Notes: a model not told the origin generated them from the sequence alone. DNA of 64,000 bases from Paramoeba atlantica (GCA_977017575.1 CDRNVI010000080.1:1-64000); one strand, 5' to 3'. Counted from the stretch's first letter, positions 19,438 through 31,128 are shown. Program-made: numbers and translations.

Positions 19438-21349
19438 TTTTTTTTTTTTTTTTGCAATTAATAAGGGGGGAGAAGTATGAATCGCGGCATTGCCTCTATA
19501 TTTTGACCCAGTAGACGAACCAAGTAGGTCCATTGGGGGGGGTATACGAGTTGAAAATAAGCAATCAATCAAATTAGCAAATCTTTTTGTTTCCACAGAT
19601 GTACCTTTTGTTTTTTCTCTCAGCCCAAAACTAGCAATTTAATCTCCCCTAAGTATATACTACAAACAAGAAACAGTAAAAACTAAAACAAGCAATACAG
19701 ACCCAATCCATTCGCGCGTCCCGGACCGGGTCTTTCGACCTCACCAGGGCCTGACTTGTGAACCCTTCCCTTGTTATATGGGAGGGCGCAGGCGCGGGCC
19801 TGTGTCGACAGCGACACGGTCGCGAAACAGGATGCTGGTCGACGGGGAGGAGATTCACTACCCGTGTACTACCTCACTTGGGGTACCTAGCCCTCGCGGG
19901 CTAGGCGTGAGCATAGACTCTGTCGACCCGACAAGCATCCCGACCAGATGTTCATGGGCGCAAACGACCAGTTCGGAATGAATCCAGCCGGTCGTCATGT
20001 GTGACGAGTTGGCCAGTGGGATCTTCATCCGGGAGACGTCGGACCAACATCCGTGCCTGTGAACGCATGAGGGCTATGTTCATACCCCTTATGAGTTGTG
20101 CTGTGGCCTGTGCATGGCTCAAAGTCCCATTAGAGGTTGAAGCTCGGTGTTTCCCGACGCTTTTTATGATGGTCAGGGCACTTTTGGACCAGGATCCAAA
20201 AGATTCTACAACCATCGCTTCAAAACGGTGACCAGCAGCGACAGCTTCTGCTCTCTCCGATATTTTATGTTCCGAGGCGTAGCGCTCGGCGAATGACCCC
20301 GCCTTTACCCATGTAGCAGTTCGGACTAAGTCCGTATATTTGTTTTGCTGGACATGTGTAACTGCGAAGTCAAGGACGAGAGCTGTGCCAAGGTCATAGT
20401 TTGGCAAGTAAACGTCACCTGGTCGTGTCAAGCCGCCTCCCGGACCATGATTTCCTAGCGTCTTTTCCCTCTGAGGAGCCAGCTGCGCCTTACTACACTC
20501 TTGCGCAAACTGTAGACAAAGAGAGTTATGTCGTGCCATGATGCCATGTCCAGATTTGCACACTAGAGCGTGGTCCCCATCGAGTCCGATAGACATTTTA
20601 CATTTTTCCATGGGACATGGTTGGACGCTGGGTACAAGTTGTGCTCCGAGCCACCACCTTACCAGTGCGCGGAATTCAGCTGGTGTGAAAGCAAAACCAA
20701 GGTCTTTGGATGGAGTGGAAAATGCCCAGTCCCCAGCTCCCTTGCCAGACTGTGAAATCCAGCGAGTTCGGGTCTTAATGTCTGCGTTGTAAAATGCTTG
20801 CCCGAATTCGTGTTCTGAAATAATGTGGCTTAACTGTTTTTGCCGTGGTACTGTGTATTTCTCCGAGGCATAGGTTCCTTCCGGTAAATCCGCCTCGATG
20901 TCGTTACTCGTTGGGCGATTATCTTGTTGGCTGTTGGTGATAGATCCTGTGGTCCGGTCAAGTACCGTGATGCCTAGTGCGTTGTTGAAGTCATGAACTG
21001 CATCTTCGAAACCTTCTGCTTCTTGCGGTTCCCAGGAGTCTTGCTTGGCGCCGAATGTCACTGAAGAAATATAAGCCCCGGAGGCATGTAGCTCGGATGA
21101 ACGAATGCCAAATCCCCCATGTTTCTTCAGTCGCTGTGCCTGGGACCTGGAAACATCATCCAAAGGACAGAAAATCCATTCGAGAGTTTTCATTGTTGCT
21201 GAGTCAAGGCGAGTGCATAAGTCCATGAGTTTACGAAAAGGTGTTGTACGCAGCGCATACGTCATTTGGCAAAATCCGGCACATTGACGAAGTAGCGAAA
21301 GGGCAACTTGCGGGTCTTCTAGGCTTTGTATTGCCAGGAGAGTGTCTAC
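19438..21349 (-). pseudogene. 3' half of family-A element A2 (RT thumb, RLE, 3' UTR, poly(A))
   Basis: ORF 19952-21265 is homologous to the A1 C-terminus and continues ...AVDT|LLAIQSLEDPQVAL from the half at 26047. Poly(A) at 19438-19453. Confidence 0.92.
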
Positions 21350-21380
21350 CTTGAGTGTCTACCTTGCCAGGAGAGTGTCT

Positions 21381-21700
21381 ATCTTTTTGTTAAGACCATC
21401 TTTTTGTTAAGACCATCTTTTTGTTAAGACCATCTTTTTGTTAAGACCATCTTTTTGTTAAGACCATCTTTTTGTTAAGACCATCTTTTTGTTAAGACCA
21501 TCTTTTTGTTAAGACCATCTTTTTGTTAAGACCATCTTTTTGTTAAGACCATCTTTTTGTTAAGACCATCTTTTTGTTAAGACCATCTTTTTGTTAAGAC
21601 CATCTTTTTGTTAAGACCATCTTTTTGTTAAGACCATCTTTTTGTTAAGACCATCTTTTTGTTAAGACCATCTTTTTGTTAAGACCATCTTTTTGTTAAG
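21381..21700 (+). repeat. 17-bp tandem repeat (TTTTTGTTAAGACCATC) x~19 immediately 5' of the LINE1 ATG
   Basis: Direct reading; 17-nt period. Confidence 0.95.
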
Positions 21701-21711
21701 ATTTTAACAAA

Positions 21712-24700
21712 ATGACGACGGATGCGTCCGGTGCGGTCGAGGTGCGCGTTGTTCGCGAATGTCTCGATCGTTCCACGCTTGGTCGGGGCTCTCTTTTTCT
21801 GCCGCCTATTCCGGTTGAAAATAAGGGTGCTAAACTCCGTCGCAGTGCGTTATCAAGTCTCATGCGCTGGATGCGTAGAGGTTGCCATATTGCAGTCGTA
21901 TGGCGGTATGATGGTTCTCGGAAATACCGACTATGGGAGGGAGATGTTATGGGAAACTTTGAGGATACTGATCGCTTCAGCGTGAAGTATCATCAAAGAG
22001 CTGACCTGGTGTTTCCCTTCCCCCCCATTTCCGCAAGAGTTATCATATGCGCTGTTCGAATGAGATCGGCTCCCTCCCGGCGTAAGAGGCGATGGCGTCG
22101 CTGCGCTACCAAATCGACGTCGCCCGGCGAGCATGTCGATCGCGCTTTGGAGAACCAAAATGGTTCGGCTGTGAAGGAGAAGTTGTCGATAGCGACCCTG
22201 AATGTGACCTCATTAAAATTAGAGGGGGGGGATTTGTTTTCTATTCGATCGTGTGTCCGATTGAAGGAAATATTGAACCTTATGAGTAGCAAGAGGATTC
22301 ACATACTGGGGTTGCAGGAAACGAGGTTCCGTTTTGATTCTCGTCTCTTTGGTGAGATTCTACGTCAGCAAACGGAGGACACCGGCGTTACGTATTACTT
22401 ATATTTTTCCTCAGCAACGTCCGACCGTTCTTACAACGGAATGGCGCTCGTTAGTACTTTTCCATTGGAAAAGGTGCGGGTTATCTCAGAACGGATTATG
22501 ACTGCACAGTTTCCTTGGGAAAACGGGAACGCTACACTATTCAATGTGTACGGTCCCATTAGGGATTCTTCTAAGGAAATGAAATCTACCTTCGACGCTT
22601 CTTTAAGAAAGGCCGTTCGCGATCTTGAATCCACGAACCCCCAACGACCTACGATCTTAATTGGAGATTTTAATTCCCCTTTAACGCTGGTCAACAAAAC
22701 TGCTGAAGACAAAGCAGCTGTAGCACGATTTCGCGCCTTACTTGTAGACGTTGGTTGCAAGTCTGCCCACACTCTCTCACCAAGCTCTCGAAAGTGGACT
22801 TGTAAACTTCCCAATGGCGCTGAGAGACAATTAGATCATATTATAATTTCCAATCGATACGCGTCAGCAATACAACATCATAAAGTTTTACTTGCTCCTT
22901 TCCCAACGCAGCACTGCTCGGTTGTCACCCGTCTCAAGATTAAGTGGAAAGCGCATGAAACACAACCTGGCAATTATTTGCCATGGTACAACCTAAAATC
23001 AGAAAATATTTGCAAGGAATTCAATAAATGTACCCAACAAGCTGTTTTCAAAGTAATCGGAGAGGGAAGACCCGACCCGTGGGAGGTTTTATCAGAGGGG
23101 ATACTATATGCGGCACAGAAAACACTTCCGGATTTCGAGGCACCAAGTGACTTAAGTAAATCCAATGGGCAACGAGAAGAAACAAACAAACAAGAGGAAA
23201 TATTATCACTCAGCGCCCTGTACAAATCTAGTCGAAATGCGCATACATTCAAAGGTCTTGTAGACAAGAGTCGTGAGCAAATTGAGGAAACAATTGAAGC
23301 TGAATGTGCAATTCTCCAAGAAAAACTACGGAAAAACCATTCCAGCCCTTGGAGATTCATTCGCGAAATATGCGGAATGAGGAAAACAGTTTTTAATTAT
23401 GGCGCAGGTCAATCAAACCGGAAACGACTAGCAGCCGTTAAGGACTTCTTCTCTAAAATTGCTAACCGAGGTGTTGGAGACACAAAAGTTGAATTTGATG
23501 AGGCCAAAAACTTTGATGGAGAAATCATGGATTCACCTTTCACAGAAGATGAACTTGCATGCGCTGCGCGTAGACTTAAACGAGGAAAAGCTCCAGGACT
23601 CGACGAGATACCAGCGGAAGCGTACATATCCATACTCGAAGAAAATTCTTTACGCCATCTCCTTCTTGGAATCATCAACAAAGCCCTTGAAACGGGAAAG
23701 ACGCACCATCTCTGGAAAACCGTTCTGCAAGTCCCCGTACCGAAAAAAGGTGATCTTTCCGAGCTGCGGAATTGGCGCCCAATATGTCTTGTCAACGTTA
23801 TCCTCAAGCTAATTAACGGTATGATTTTGAATCGTATTCGGCCCTCGACCGAGCGAGTTCTACGCGAAAATCAATATGGTTTCCGCCCGGAGAGGTCCAC
23901 CTGTGGAGCCCAAATTATTCTCAATGAAATCCTCACGAAATCAAGACGGAATCGAAGTCACGAAAATGTCATGATTGCTTTCATCGACTTCGCGAGTGCC
24001 TTTCCATCGCTTTCACACTCATCTATCAGGGCAGCGTTACATTCGTTCCACGTAGGACCTCGAATGACAACCCTTGCAATGTCGGCCTACGAGGGCTTAG
24101 AGGCCATTGTACGTACCCCGTTTGGGAAAACCAGCTCCTTTCCTATTACCTCGGGTATTTTGCAAGGGGATGTGCTGGCTCCGTATTTATTTATCATGGT
24201 TCTCGATCGCATCCTTCACGCGGCATTGAAAAATAAAGATGATGGACTAACGCTGAACTCCGCCGGAACCAGAAAACGTGGATATAAATCAACACGAGTG
24301 ACTGATATTGATTACGCTGATGATTTGATCCTGTTTTCCGACTCCAAACGTTCATTAGAAAGGATGGTCGACAGCGTCGCTACTGAAGCATCCAAAGCTA
24401 ATTTGAGTATAGCCGCTGGTGTCAACAAAACGGCATGGATGTCCATCTCGAAGAATGAGAATAAGGATGGCGATCTCCTTTCATCAACTTGTGGGAACAT
24501 TCCGAAAGTAAAATCGTACCGCCATCTGGGGCATGTTCAGCATGAAACCGAGCCTAAATTAACATTAACCGACAGATTACGTTTGACGTGGGCGTGTTTT
24601 AGCAAACTACGAGGTATTTGGATCTCGCCTCTTCGCGTAAAGGCTAAGCTTCGAATTTTTGACACCCTTGTCTATCCCATACTAAACTACGGTACGTCAT

Positions 24701-25872
24701 CCATGGTGATATCGGCATCGCAGGTGAGAAACGTTGAAGTACAGGTAAACAACATGAGGCGCATCGTGTGTGACGCCGTAGGAGTTGATGAGAATGGGCA
24801 TTGTTATCCTATTGAATCTCTGTACCACAACACGCTACATTTCAATACAATACATCGTATTAATCGGGCGCGCCTTGTGGGTCACCAAATTAGGCACTCT
24901 GAGATCTACCGCTCTTTAGTAGGATGGGGCTCCCGGGAAAAGGCGAGATTTCCATCGCCTTCCGAAGCATGCGCACAAGACCTTGGGATTGAGATGGAAG
25001 AAATGCTTGTATATGCCTCTGATCGCGCACACTGGGCCAAATTAATTGAAAACCTCTCAGAGAGACTCGAGCCCTCAGAGTCTTATATTGGCTACAAAAG
25101 TCCTAAATGGAAACTAGCATACAAAAACGCTTTAAAAGAAACAGTGTGTAATAAATTAGAATTTATCGAAGAAGGGGAAACCCCTTTTCCTGTAAAACCA
25201 GAGGAAATGCATGCGTACGTGGATGCTTCTATCTCCGATGATACGGACACAAGGGTAAAGGTAGCAGTTGGATGTGTAATAGTAAACGCAGAGAAGCATG
25301 AAAGTTTTTCGTCCTCCCTATCCTACCTGGAAACCAAATCTCCTGAAAGAGCCGAAATTCACGCTGCCCTATTTGGTTTGAGTAAACTAAAAGAAGTTGA
25401 AAATGTTGTTGTACACACAGATTCGTATTATGTGTGGAATTTTGTAAATATGCGCCGAAGGAAAGATCGACTGGTTGGTTTTGAAGGCTCGAATTCCGAT
25501 CTGCTTAGTTTTCTGGATAGTTTTATTCGATCAGCGCATTGTCAGGGGAGAACCATCACCTTTATTAAGGTCCGAGGCCATTCAGGGAATAAATGGAATG
25601 AAGAAGCGGATACCTTAAGTAAAAAGCTCGTTAGTTCGGAACCTATTTCTAAACGAAGAAAAAACCTGAACCGAGGAAATGAATCGGCCCACTCCGAATA
25701 TGAGTGGATAGCGTGCCTTAAAACAATAGAAAAGAAAACCACGAACCCAACCCGTGAGGAGCGTCGGATGCGGCGTAAGAGAAAAGGTAAGTTACTAGAC
25801 ACCGCGTCTTCGCTTGCTAACGCAGAATTTGAACAAAGCGAAAAGAAACATTTCCGAATATCCAACCTGTAA
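21712..25872 (+). CDS. Intact 1386-aa APE endonuclease - RT - RNase H polyprotein
   Basis: TLNV, LQET, NVYGP, GDFN, LDHI; K.PG.D.I, QYGFR, QGD.L.P.LF, YADD; YVDAS, EIHA, HTDS, KVRGHSG..WNE.AD. Confidence 0.96.
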   Translation: MTTDASGAVEVRVVRECLDRSTLGRGSLFLPPIPVENKGAKLRRSALSSLMRWMRRGCHIAVVWRYDGSRKYRLWEGDVMGNFEDTDRFSVKYHQRADLVFPFPPISARVIICAVRMRSAPSRRKRRWRRCATKSTSPGEHVDRALENQNGSAVKEKLSIATLNVTSLKLEGGDLFSIRSCVRLKEILNLMSSKRIHILGLQETRFRFDSRLFGEILRQQTEDTGVTYYLYFSSATSDRSYNGMALVSTFPLEKVRVISERIMTAQFPWENGNATLFNVYGPIRDSSKEMKSTFDASLRKAVRDLESTNPQRPTILIGDFNSPLTLVNKTAEDKAAVARFRALLVDVGCKSAHTLSPSSRKWTCKLPNGAERQLDHIIISNRYASAIQHHKVLLAPFPTQHCSVVTRLKIKWKAHETQPGNYLPWYNLKSENICKEFNKCTQQAVFKVIGEGRPDPWEVLSEGILYAAQKTLPDFEAPSDLSKSNGQREETNKQEEILSLSALYKSSRNAHTFKGLVDKSREQIEETIEAECAILQEKLRKNHSSPWRFIREICGMRKTVFNYGAGQSNRKRLAAVKDFFSKIANRGVGDTKVEFDEAKNFDGEIMDSPFTEDELACAARRLKRGKAPGLDEIPAEAYISILEENSLRHLLLGIINKALETGKTHHLWKTVLQVPVPKKGDLSELRNWRPICLVNVILKLINGMILNRIRPSTERVLRENQYGFRPERSTCGAQIILNEILTKSRRNRSHENVMIAFIDFASAFPSLSHSSIRAALHSFHVGPRMTTLAMSAYEGLEAIVRTPFGKTSSFPITSGILQGDVLAPYLFIMVLDRILHAALKNKDDGLTLNSAGTRKRGYKSTRVTDIDYADDLILFSDSKRSLERMVDSVATEASKANLSIAAGVNKTAWMSISKNENKDGDLLSSTCGNIPKVKSYRHLGHVQHETEPKLTLTDRLRLTWACFSKLRGIWISPLRVKAKLRIFDTLVYPILNYGTSSMVISASQVRNVEVQVNNMRRIVCDAVGVDENGHCYPIESLYHNTLHFNTIHRINRARLVGHQIRHSEIYRSLVGWGSREKARFPSPSEACAQDLGIEMEEMLVYASDRAHWAKLIENLSERLEPSESYIGYKSPKWKLAYKNALKETVCNKLEFIEEGETPFPVKPEEMHAYVDASISDDTDTRVKVAVGCVIVNAEKHESFSSSLSYLETKSPERAEIHAALFGLSKLKEVENVVVHTDSYYVWNFVNMRRRKDRLVGFEGSNSDLLSFLDSFIRSAHCQGRTITFIKVRGHSGNKWNEEADTLSKKLVSSEPISKRRKNLNRGNESAHSEYEWIACLKTIEKKTTNPTREERRMRRKRKGKLLDTASSLANAEFEQSEKKHFRISNL

Positions 25873-26046
25873 ACTCAGGGGTGTACTCAAAACGAAAGTA
25901 ATGGAAAAATATATCTACCAATAGGGCGCACGATGGTGTGGGAATCAAATTCTATTAGTTCTAGTTTTAGGAGCATATATTTAGTGAAGCTTGAACAGTT
26001 TCTCAACTGAAGGGTAATGCCTTCAGTGTTGTGTGTGTGTGTGTGT

Positions 26047-28526
26047 GAGTGTCTACAGCGGGGTCGATTGCATGTTCCTCTAGGTAGGTACGACAAAATT
26101 CGGAAGAACCTATGGGGCTCCCAAGAATAGAAAAATTGCCTTGGAAATTCTTTTGTTCGCGAGGGATTTGATAAAAAATGTCTGTCTGCATTGCTGAAGC
26201 AGGGTGGGTGATAATTTCGCACTTCTCCGGGTTGAGAAACATACCCCACTTAGGCCCCACTTCCGCTATCACGCGCAGAGCATTTTGTACTTCGTATGAT
26301 GGACCTGCCAAGACTCCGTCGTCAAGGTACCACATGTGGAGCTGAAGTCCTCCGGACGAAATTTTAATTTCTTCCGAAACTTGGAGCATGACGAGGGAAA
26401 AAAGTAGTGGCCCTAAGGGGTCGCCTTGTTGCGCGCCTTCCTCGGATGAAATTCGGATTTGGCCATAGGTCAGAGCACTTGTAGTACCGTAGCACCACTC
26501 CACCCAGCGTGAAAGCTCTGGAAAGTAATGTCGTGTCAACGCAATGAAGGCGGCACGAGAAACATTGTTGAACGCGTTCTTCAGATCTACTTTACAGAGG
26601 ACGAAATCGGAGTTCTCAGAATTTTCGTGCATTGTTTTTCGACAAAGGTGAATTAGACGCTCAGCTCCAGCAGGTGTGGCTACCCCAAATTGTGTTCCGG
26701 CGAAAAGTTCACGTGCCTTCGTTCGTACTGCTAGACATGCTGCTTTGCTAGTCAAACGGCGTAATGTCTCCCCGGCAGCTATCGGTCGTACACCACTCTC
26801 CCCTTTTCTGAGTGCACACAGTCGCGCGCCAGCAAACGCTTCTTGCACGTCCAACGGTGCTTTGCCTTCGAGGAGGTGATTCGTGAGAGCTGTTAGTGCA
26901 GAGAGCGGTGTGACGTCGAGATCTTCATTGACGAGTAGTGCAGCTTGAAGGTGTTCTGCCCGCAGCCCCATAGCCCCGCTGGATGACCCTCGGTGAAAAC
27001 CTTTTAGTGCGTTTCGTACATCCGTTTCTCCTAGTGTAAGCACCCTCGGGCCTAGGGGAGGCATATCTACGGGCGGCTCAGTGGTGTGACGGGTGGGGTG
27101 TTTAAGCAGGAGCTGGGAAAGAGTGTCGTCGTTATCTGGTGCGAGAGGATCCGCAGTAAGTGCTGCCAATCCCCGTGAAAATTCGCCTTGTCGAACTAAA
27201 AGCTCGGCGCGTAGGTTGGCCTTTCGCATCTCTTCCTCAAGTGAATGCTCGTCAGGTTCTTTGCGAGGCGACCTTTTCTCTTGTTCAACAATTAGTTTTT
27301 TCCAGAGGCCGGAGACGTCTCCCTTCTCCCAGCGTTCGAGGCAGTTACTTACATGTGACGCGTAAGACATGTGCCCTTTGCGCCCGCCCCTTCGGGGTGC
27401 TGCTAGGGTGCACTTTGGGAGCATTGCGAGCTTAGCCCATCCTCCTACACCAGTGCTACCCAGGGCCTCCTTAAGGGTAGTCGTGAGGACACGTGCCCAC
27501 TGTAGCCGACACCGGTGAGGAATATCCTTGCAAGTTGCGCGAGGGAGAGCACTAATCTCGGCCAATGTTGGAAGATATTCGATGGCGTCGTTCTCTTGTG
27601 TCGGGTTTACAGCTTGTGGGTTCACCTCCTCTTGGCAAGGGATGTGAGGTGCGATTTTACAGCTCTTCGAGTGTGAGTGTTCTTTCCCTAAGTCGTAGTG
27701 GCGATTGCATGCGTGGCATCGGAAACGGCCTTCTTCTCTCCACCATGAATCCGGAACACTGTCTCCATGTTGCGAGGCAATGTGGTTGAAGTATGCTTGC
27801 CAACTTCCACCGTGTGATGGCGCGTCCCAATTGCAGCCGGGTGCTGGGCAGGCTCTTCGTTGTTGTGATGATTGGAAATAAGGTACAGTTTCATCGTGAG
27901 AGGGAGAGTGATTCGGTGGTTCGGCGGCGGCTGATTGTGTTTGAGTTGCGGATGGCTGTGTCAAACATGCTTCATCAAGATCCATTGCAGGTAGAACTTC
28001 CTTATCAGGTGCCGGTTTTCTACCCTTAGAGGTATGTTTCTCGGGGGCTCGTCGGCCAACTGGCGTTTTTCTGTATCCTTTCAGCTCCCCTCGGAGAACG
28101 ATGGAGTCCTGTGACATACTATTCGTTTTTCTGGGTGTCGTTGGAAAACGGCGAACTGAGGAACTATCGGGAGGTTGTCGCTGAACGCTGGCGTGGTTTG
28201 ACTCTTCACACTCCCCTAATTCGATTCCCATGTCGGGCGTCCCCCCCTCGACAACCAACGTGGCACATGCTGCTTCCGTTCGTCTGGTCCATTCGGATGG
28301 AACGTGCGCAGGGATCTCGGTGGTGTAGGCAAGTTCGTTGTAGGTGCTGGGGCCGGATATTAAATGTTTGTTACCCTCGAATTGATCCCAGGAACCAAGT
28401 GTGTGCCTTTTTTCTTCTTCAAGGAAAGACTTTTGGCTTGTCATGGAAGGAACCGCGTACCTGGAAAAAGATGAAATAAGGAAAATAATTCAACAAGGTA
28501 CAGAAACTGTATCTTTATCGTTAAAG
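26047..28526 (-). pseudogene. 5' half of family-A element A2 (SL, LsmAD-like, Zn fingers, RT)
   Basis: ORF from ATG 28444 parallels A1 (WDQFEGN, CPAPGC, RPIAAGE, QQGDPLGP, WYLDDG). SL-like at 28491-28526. Confidence 0.93.
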
Positions 28527-28614
28527 TTTTTTTTTTTTTTTTTCTTTTTTTTCTTGTCTTTGTTTTTTTTCTTTTTTTCTTGTCTTTTTTTTTTGTATTT
28601 GGTGATCCTGTCCC

Positions 28615-31128
28615 CTAGGGTTTTCCTTCAATATGACTGTCTAGCTTACCAATATGATGATGCTGATTATCGCTGTATTTGTCGATGTTGCCTTTATATT
28701 TCTCAACCTTCTCTCTCTCAATCTCCTTCCCGCGACTGACAGCATCCGCCGGGTTCTCATCCGTGGATATGTACGCTGCCTTGACACAAATACCTTTCTC
28801 CTCTGTCAGTCGCAGGACTTCGCGCAATTCCATTGAAACCCCCTCTGACTTGGAGATCCTCCTGTTCAGTGCAGCCTGACAGGAGGTGTTATCAACAAAA
28901 ACATCCAAGCAGGTTCCACGGGGGCAATGCGCGGAAAACTTCTCGAGGGCGAAGCGGACTGCTGCAGCTTCCGCACGATTCACCTCATACGAGGATGACT
29001 CAGGCCACGCCTCTCCCGTAATCAAAACCTCTCCGCTGTCTAAATACATAATCGCTCCCCACCCTTTCACCGAGGCATCGGTGTAGAGACGATGCTTGTG
29101 TGGAACAACATCGGGATGGGGAGGTGGAGACCGTGGAACATTCTCCAGCAACTCGTTTCTCCATTCTGCTAGCATGGAGCGAGTGACGACAGGGAGTGCG
29201 ACCGGACGGTCACATAACTTCGGGCAACGGTTCAACAAGTTGATACGCCGTTGCGCCACCTTCAAAGCGAAATAAAATCGCGGCATATTGAGCCGGAGAA
29301 CTGCGGAGCCATAAATGAGGCGCCCCACCACCGCCTCTAGGTCAACAAAGGAAATGTTGAAGAAAGAGTCGGCTCGCAGTTTCCTGATCACTCGCGGTCC
29401 CAGGCAGACCGTATGCGCGTTATGGTCGAACGCCACCCCATTGAACACGTACTGTGCTACAGGGGGCTGACCCCGATCTTTGAAAAGACCGTTCGCCTTG
29501 TCGCAACGCTCGTCAATGAACTGAGCGTACGTGGTGGCCTCGGAGTGGGTTCCTGCAAACCGAACTCCGTCAACATAAACGTCGATAGCGCCTCGGTGAA
29601 ACGAGTAGCGCTGAGAACAAATCGACGCCTCGCCAGCAATCGCGGCGGTAACCGTGTGCATAACCTCCGGTGCACACCTATGGCCCATCGGGAGGACGTT
29701 CATCTCATACACGTCTCCACTGTTCGTTCTAAGGCGGAATTTGGGCCGCGCCCTCTTCGGGATACCAATCTGGTAAAACCCGCATGTGAAGTCCCGCTTC
29801 ACAGCCATCGGCTCGTGCGCCTTATGAAGGTACTTGGAGGGATGATATAAAGGGACCTGTGGTTCATATCCTTTAAGTCTATCATTATCGTCCCGTGTCC
29901 ACGAAATAAACCTTCTGCGCTGATTGCCCTGATCATCGATCTCCACAACCGTGAAGGGAATCATGAACTGCATCGATGGGCGCTTTCTCAACTCCTGCGC
30001 CGGGACCTTAGAGATTATGCCTGCGTCCTCCAACAATCGGACGTCCGCCTCAGGCAATGAACCTTTCACACTAGGTTCGGGGTACGGGGCTTTAGGTACC
30101 CATAATAATTCATCCACTACCTTGCGAAAACGAGTGGCAGCTGACATACTCATCCACTCCTTAACCTGATCCAAATGGATAACAGGTATCGACTTCTTAA
30201 CGTGCAAAGGTAGGTGAGCGTCGTGTGCCTTGGCTAGCCGTGAAGAGCGGCGTGCACAAACAACGGAGTGCCTGCGAAGGTAAGGCACTTCCTCGAAGCA
30301 CTTTGCCACGTGCTCCGAGGTTATAGCACTGGGAGACGCGCTGAGACTCTCTGCGTTCCGAGAGCCCTTGCCGTTGTAATACTGCTTGCGTTGTAGCGCA
30401 ACAGTGATTCGACGTTGAGGTGTTTCGTGAGGTTCTGGACGTCCTCCATCCTGAGATTCCCGAGGGAGATCTCGTGGAATAGGTAAGTAATTGCACCTCT
30501 TTTTATGGAATGTGTTCCATACCCCGGACCGAGAAGTTGATTCATCCTGTGGTCCATCTCCCGGACCGTCGTGTAACACAGGCGCTGGCCTGGTCTCAAA
30601 CTTCCCACAAACTGAGCCAGTTCGGGTGTCCCCGGTCCAGTCACTATCGCGTAGAGGTACGGCCGGTAAGGATTCAGACGGGTTGTCTTGGTCCCCCTGC
30701 CCCAATAGATGATTACCTCGTGACTGGCCACACTCACGAACTGCTCCCGCCTCAGGTCGGCGGTCTCGGTCCATCTCGCAGCGGCTTTCCAACACAGGAG
30801 GCAACACATGCTCTCCTTTACGTCGAGATGACGTCTCAGCTTCTTTAGAAGAAGTGGCGTGATTGGTAGCATCTGCCGCGTGGGTTCTAGCCCCCCCTGC
30901 GCCTGCAGGGCCTTTACGTAGAAACTCAATGGGGTACCTTCGATTCCCATGAGCTCGAACAGAGTCCTCAATGCCCCTGCGTACCCCATGCGCGTCGAGG
31001 TAGCGAGAGGCAGAGTCTCCAGGAAGAGCACCGCGTTTGCAGGATTCGCGGTGATTCCCTTCGCCTGGCAATACTCGCGCAGGCGGAACCACAGTCGCTC
31101 CCTTGTGGCCCACGTGGCCGTTGCCCAC
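28615..31128 (-). CDS. DIRS-class RT / RNase H ORF (frame open from 31731)
   Basis: RD...FYQI, VLPMG, YVDG; YTDAS..GWG, EAAAV, FVDN, NPADAVSR. Manual check found no stop in this frame from 31731 to 28615. Confidence 0.92.
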   Translation of the reverse strand: MGNGHVGHKGATVVPPARVLPGEGNHRESCKRGALPGDSASRYLDAHGVRRGIEDSVRAHGNRRYPIEFLRKGPAGAGGARTHAADATNHATSSKEAETSSRRKGEHVLPPVLESRCEMDRDRRPEAGAVRECGQSRGNHLLGQGDQDNPSESLPAVPLRDSDWTGDTRTGSVCGKFETRPAPVLHDGPGDGPQDESTSRSGVWNTFHKKRCNYLPIPRDLPRESQDGGRPEPHETPQRRITVALQRKQYYNGKGSRNAESLSASPSAITSEHVAKCFEEVPYLRRHSVVCARRSSRLAKAHDAHLPLHVKKSIPVIHLDQVKEWMSMSAATRFRKVVDELLWVPKAPYPEPSVKGSLPEADVRLLEDAGIISKVPAQELRKRPSMQFMIPFTVVEIDDQGNQRRRFISWTRDDNDRLKGYEPQVPLYHPSKYLHKAHEPMAVKRDFTCGFYQIGIPKRARPKFRLRTNSGDVYEMNVLPMGHRCAPEVMHTVTAAIAGEASICSQRYSFHRGAIDVYVDGVRFAGTHSEATTYAQFIDERCDKANGLFKDRGQPPVAQYVFNGVAFDHNAHTVCLGPRVIRKLRADSFFNISFVDLEAVVGRLIYGSAVLRLNMPRFYFALKVAQRRINLLNRCPKLCDRPVALPVVTRSMLAEWRNELLENVPRSPPPHPDVVPHKHRLYTDASVKGWGAIMYLDSGEVLITGEAWPESSSYEVNRAEAAAVRFALEKFSAHCPRGTCLDVFVDNTSCQAALNRRISKSEGVSMELREVLRLTEEKGICVKAAYISTDENPADAVSRGKEIEREKVEKYKGNIDKYSDNQHHHIGKLDSHIEGKP

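Larger units (their letters stand above)
21350..26046 (+). mobile_element. Ingi-like LINE (LINE1) inserted antisense into A2, 10-bp TSD GAGTGTCTAC, (TG)n tail
   Basis: TSD at 21340-21349 and 26047-26056. 3' hairpin CTGAAGG-GTAATG-CCTTCAG, then TG repeats at 26027-26046. Confidence 0.9.
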
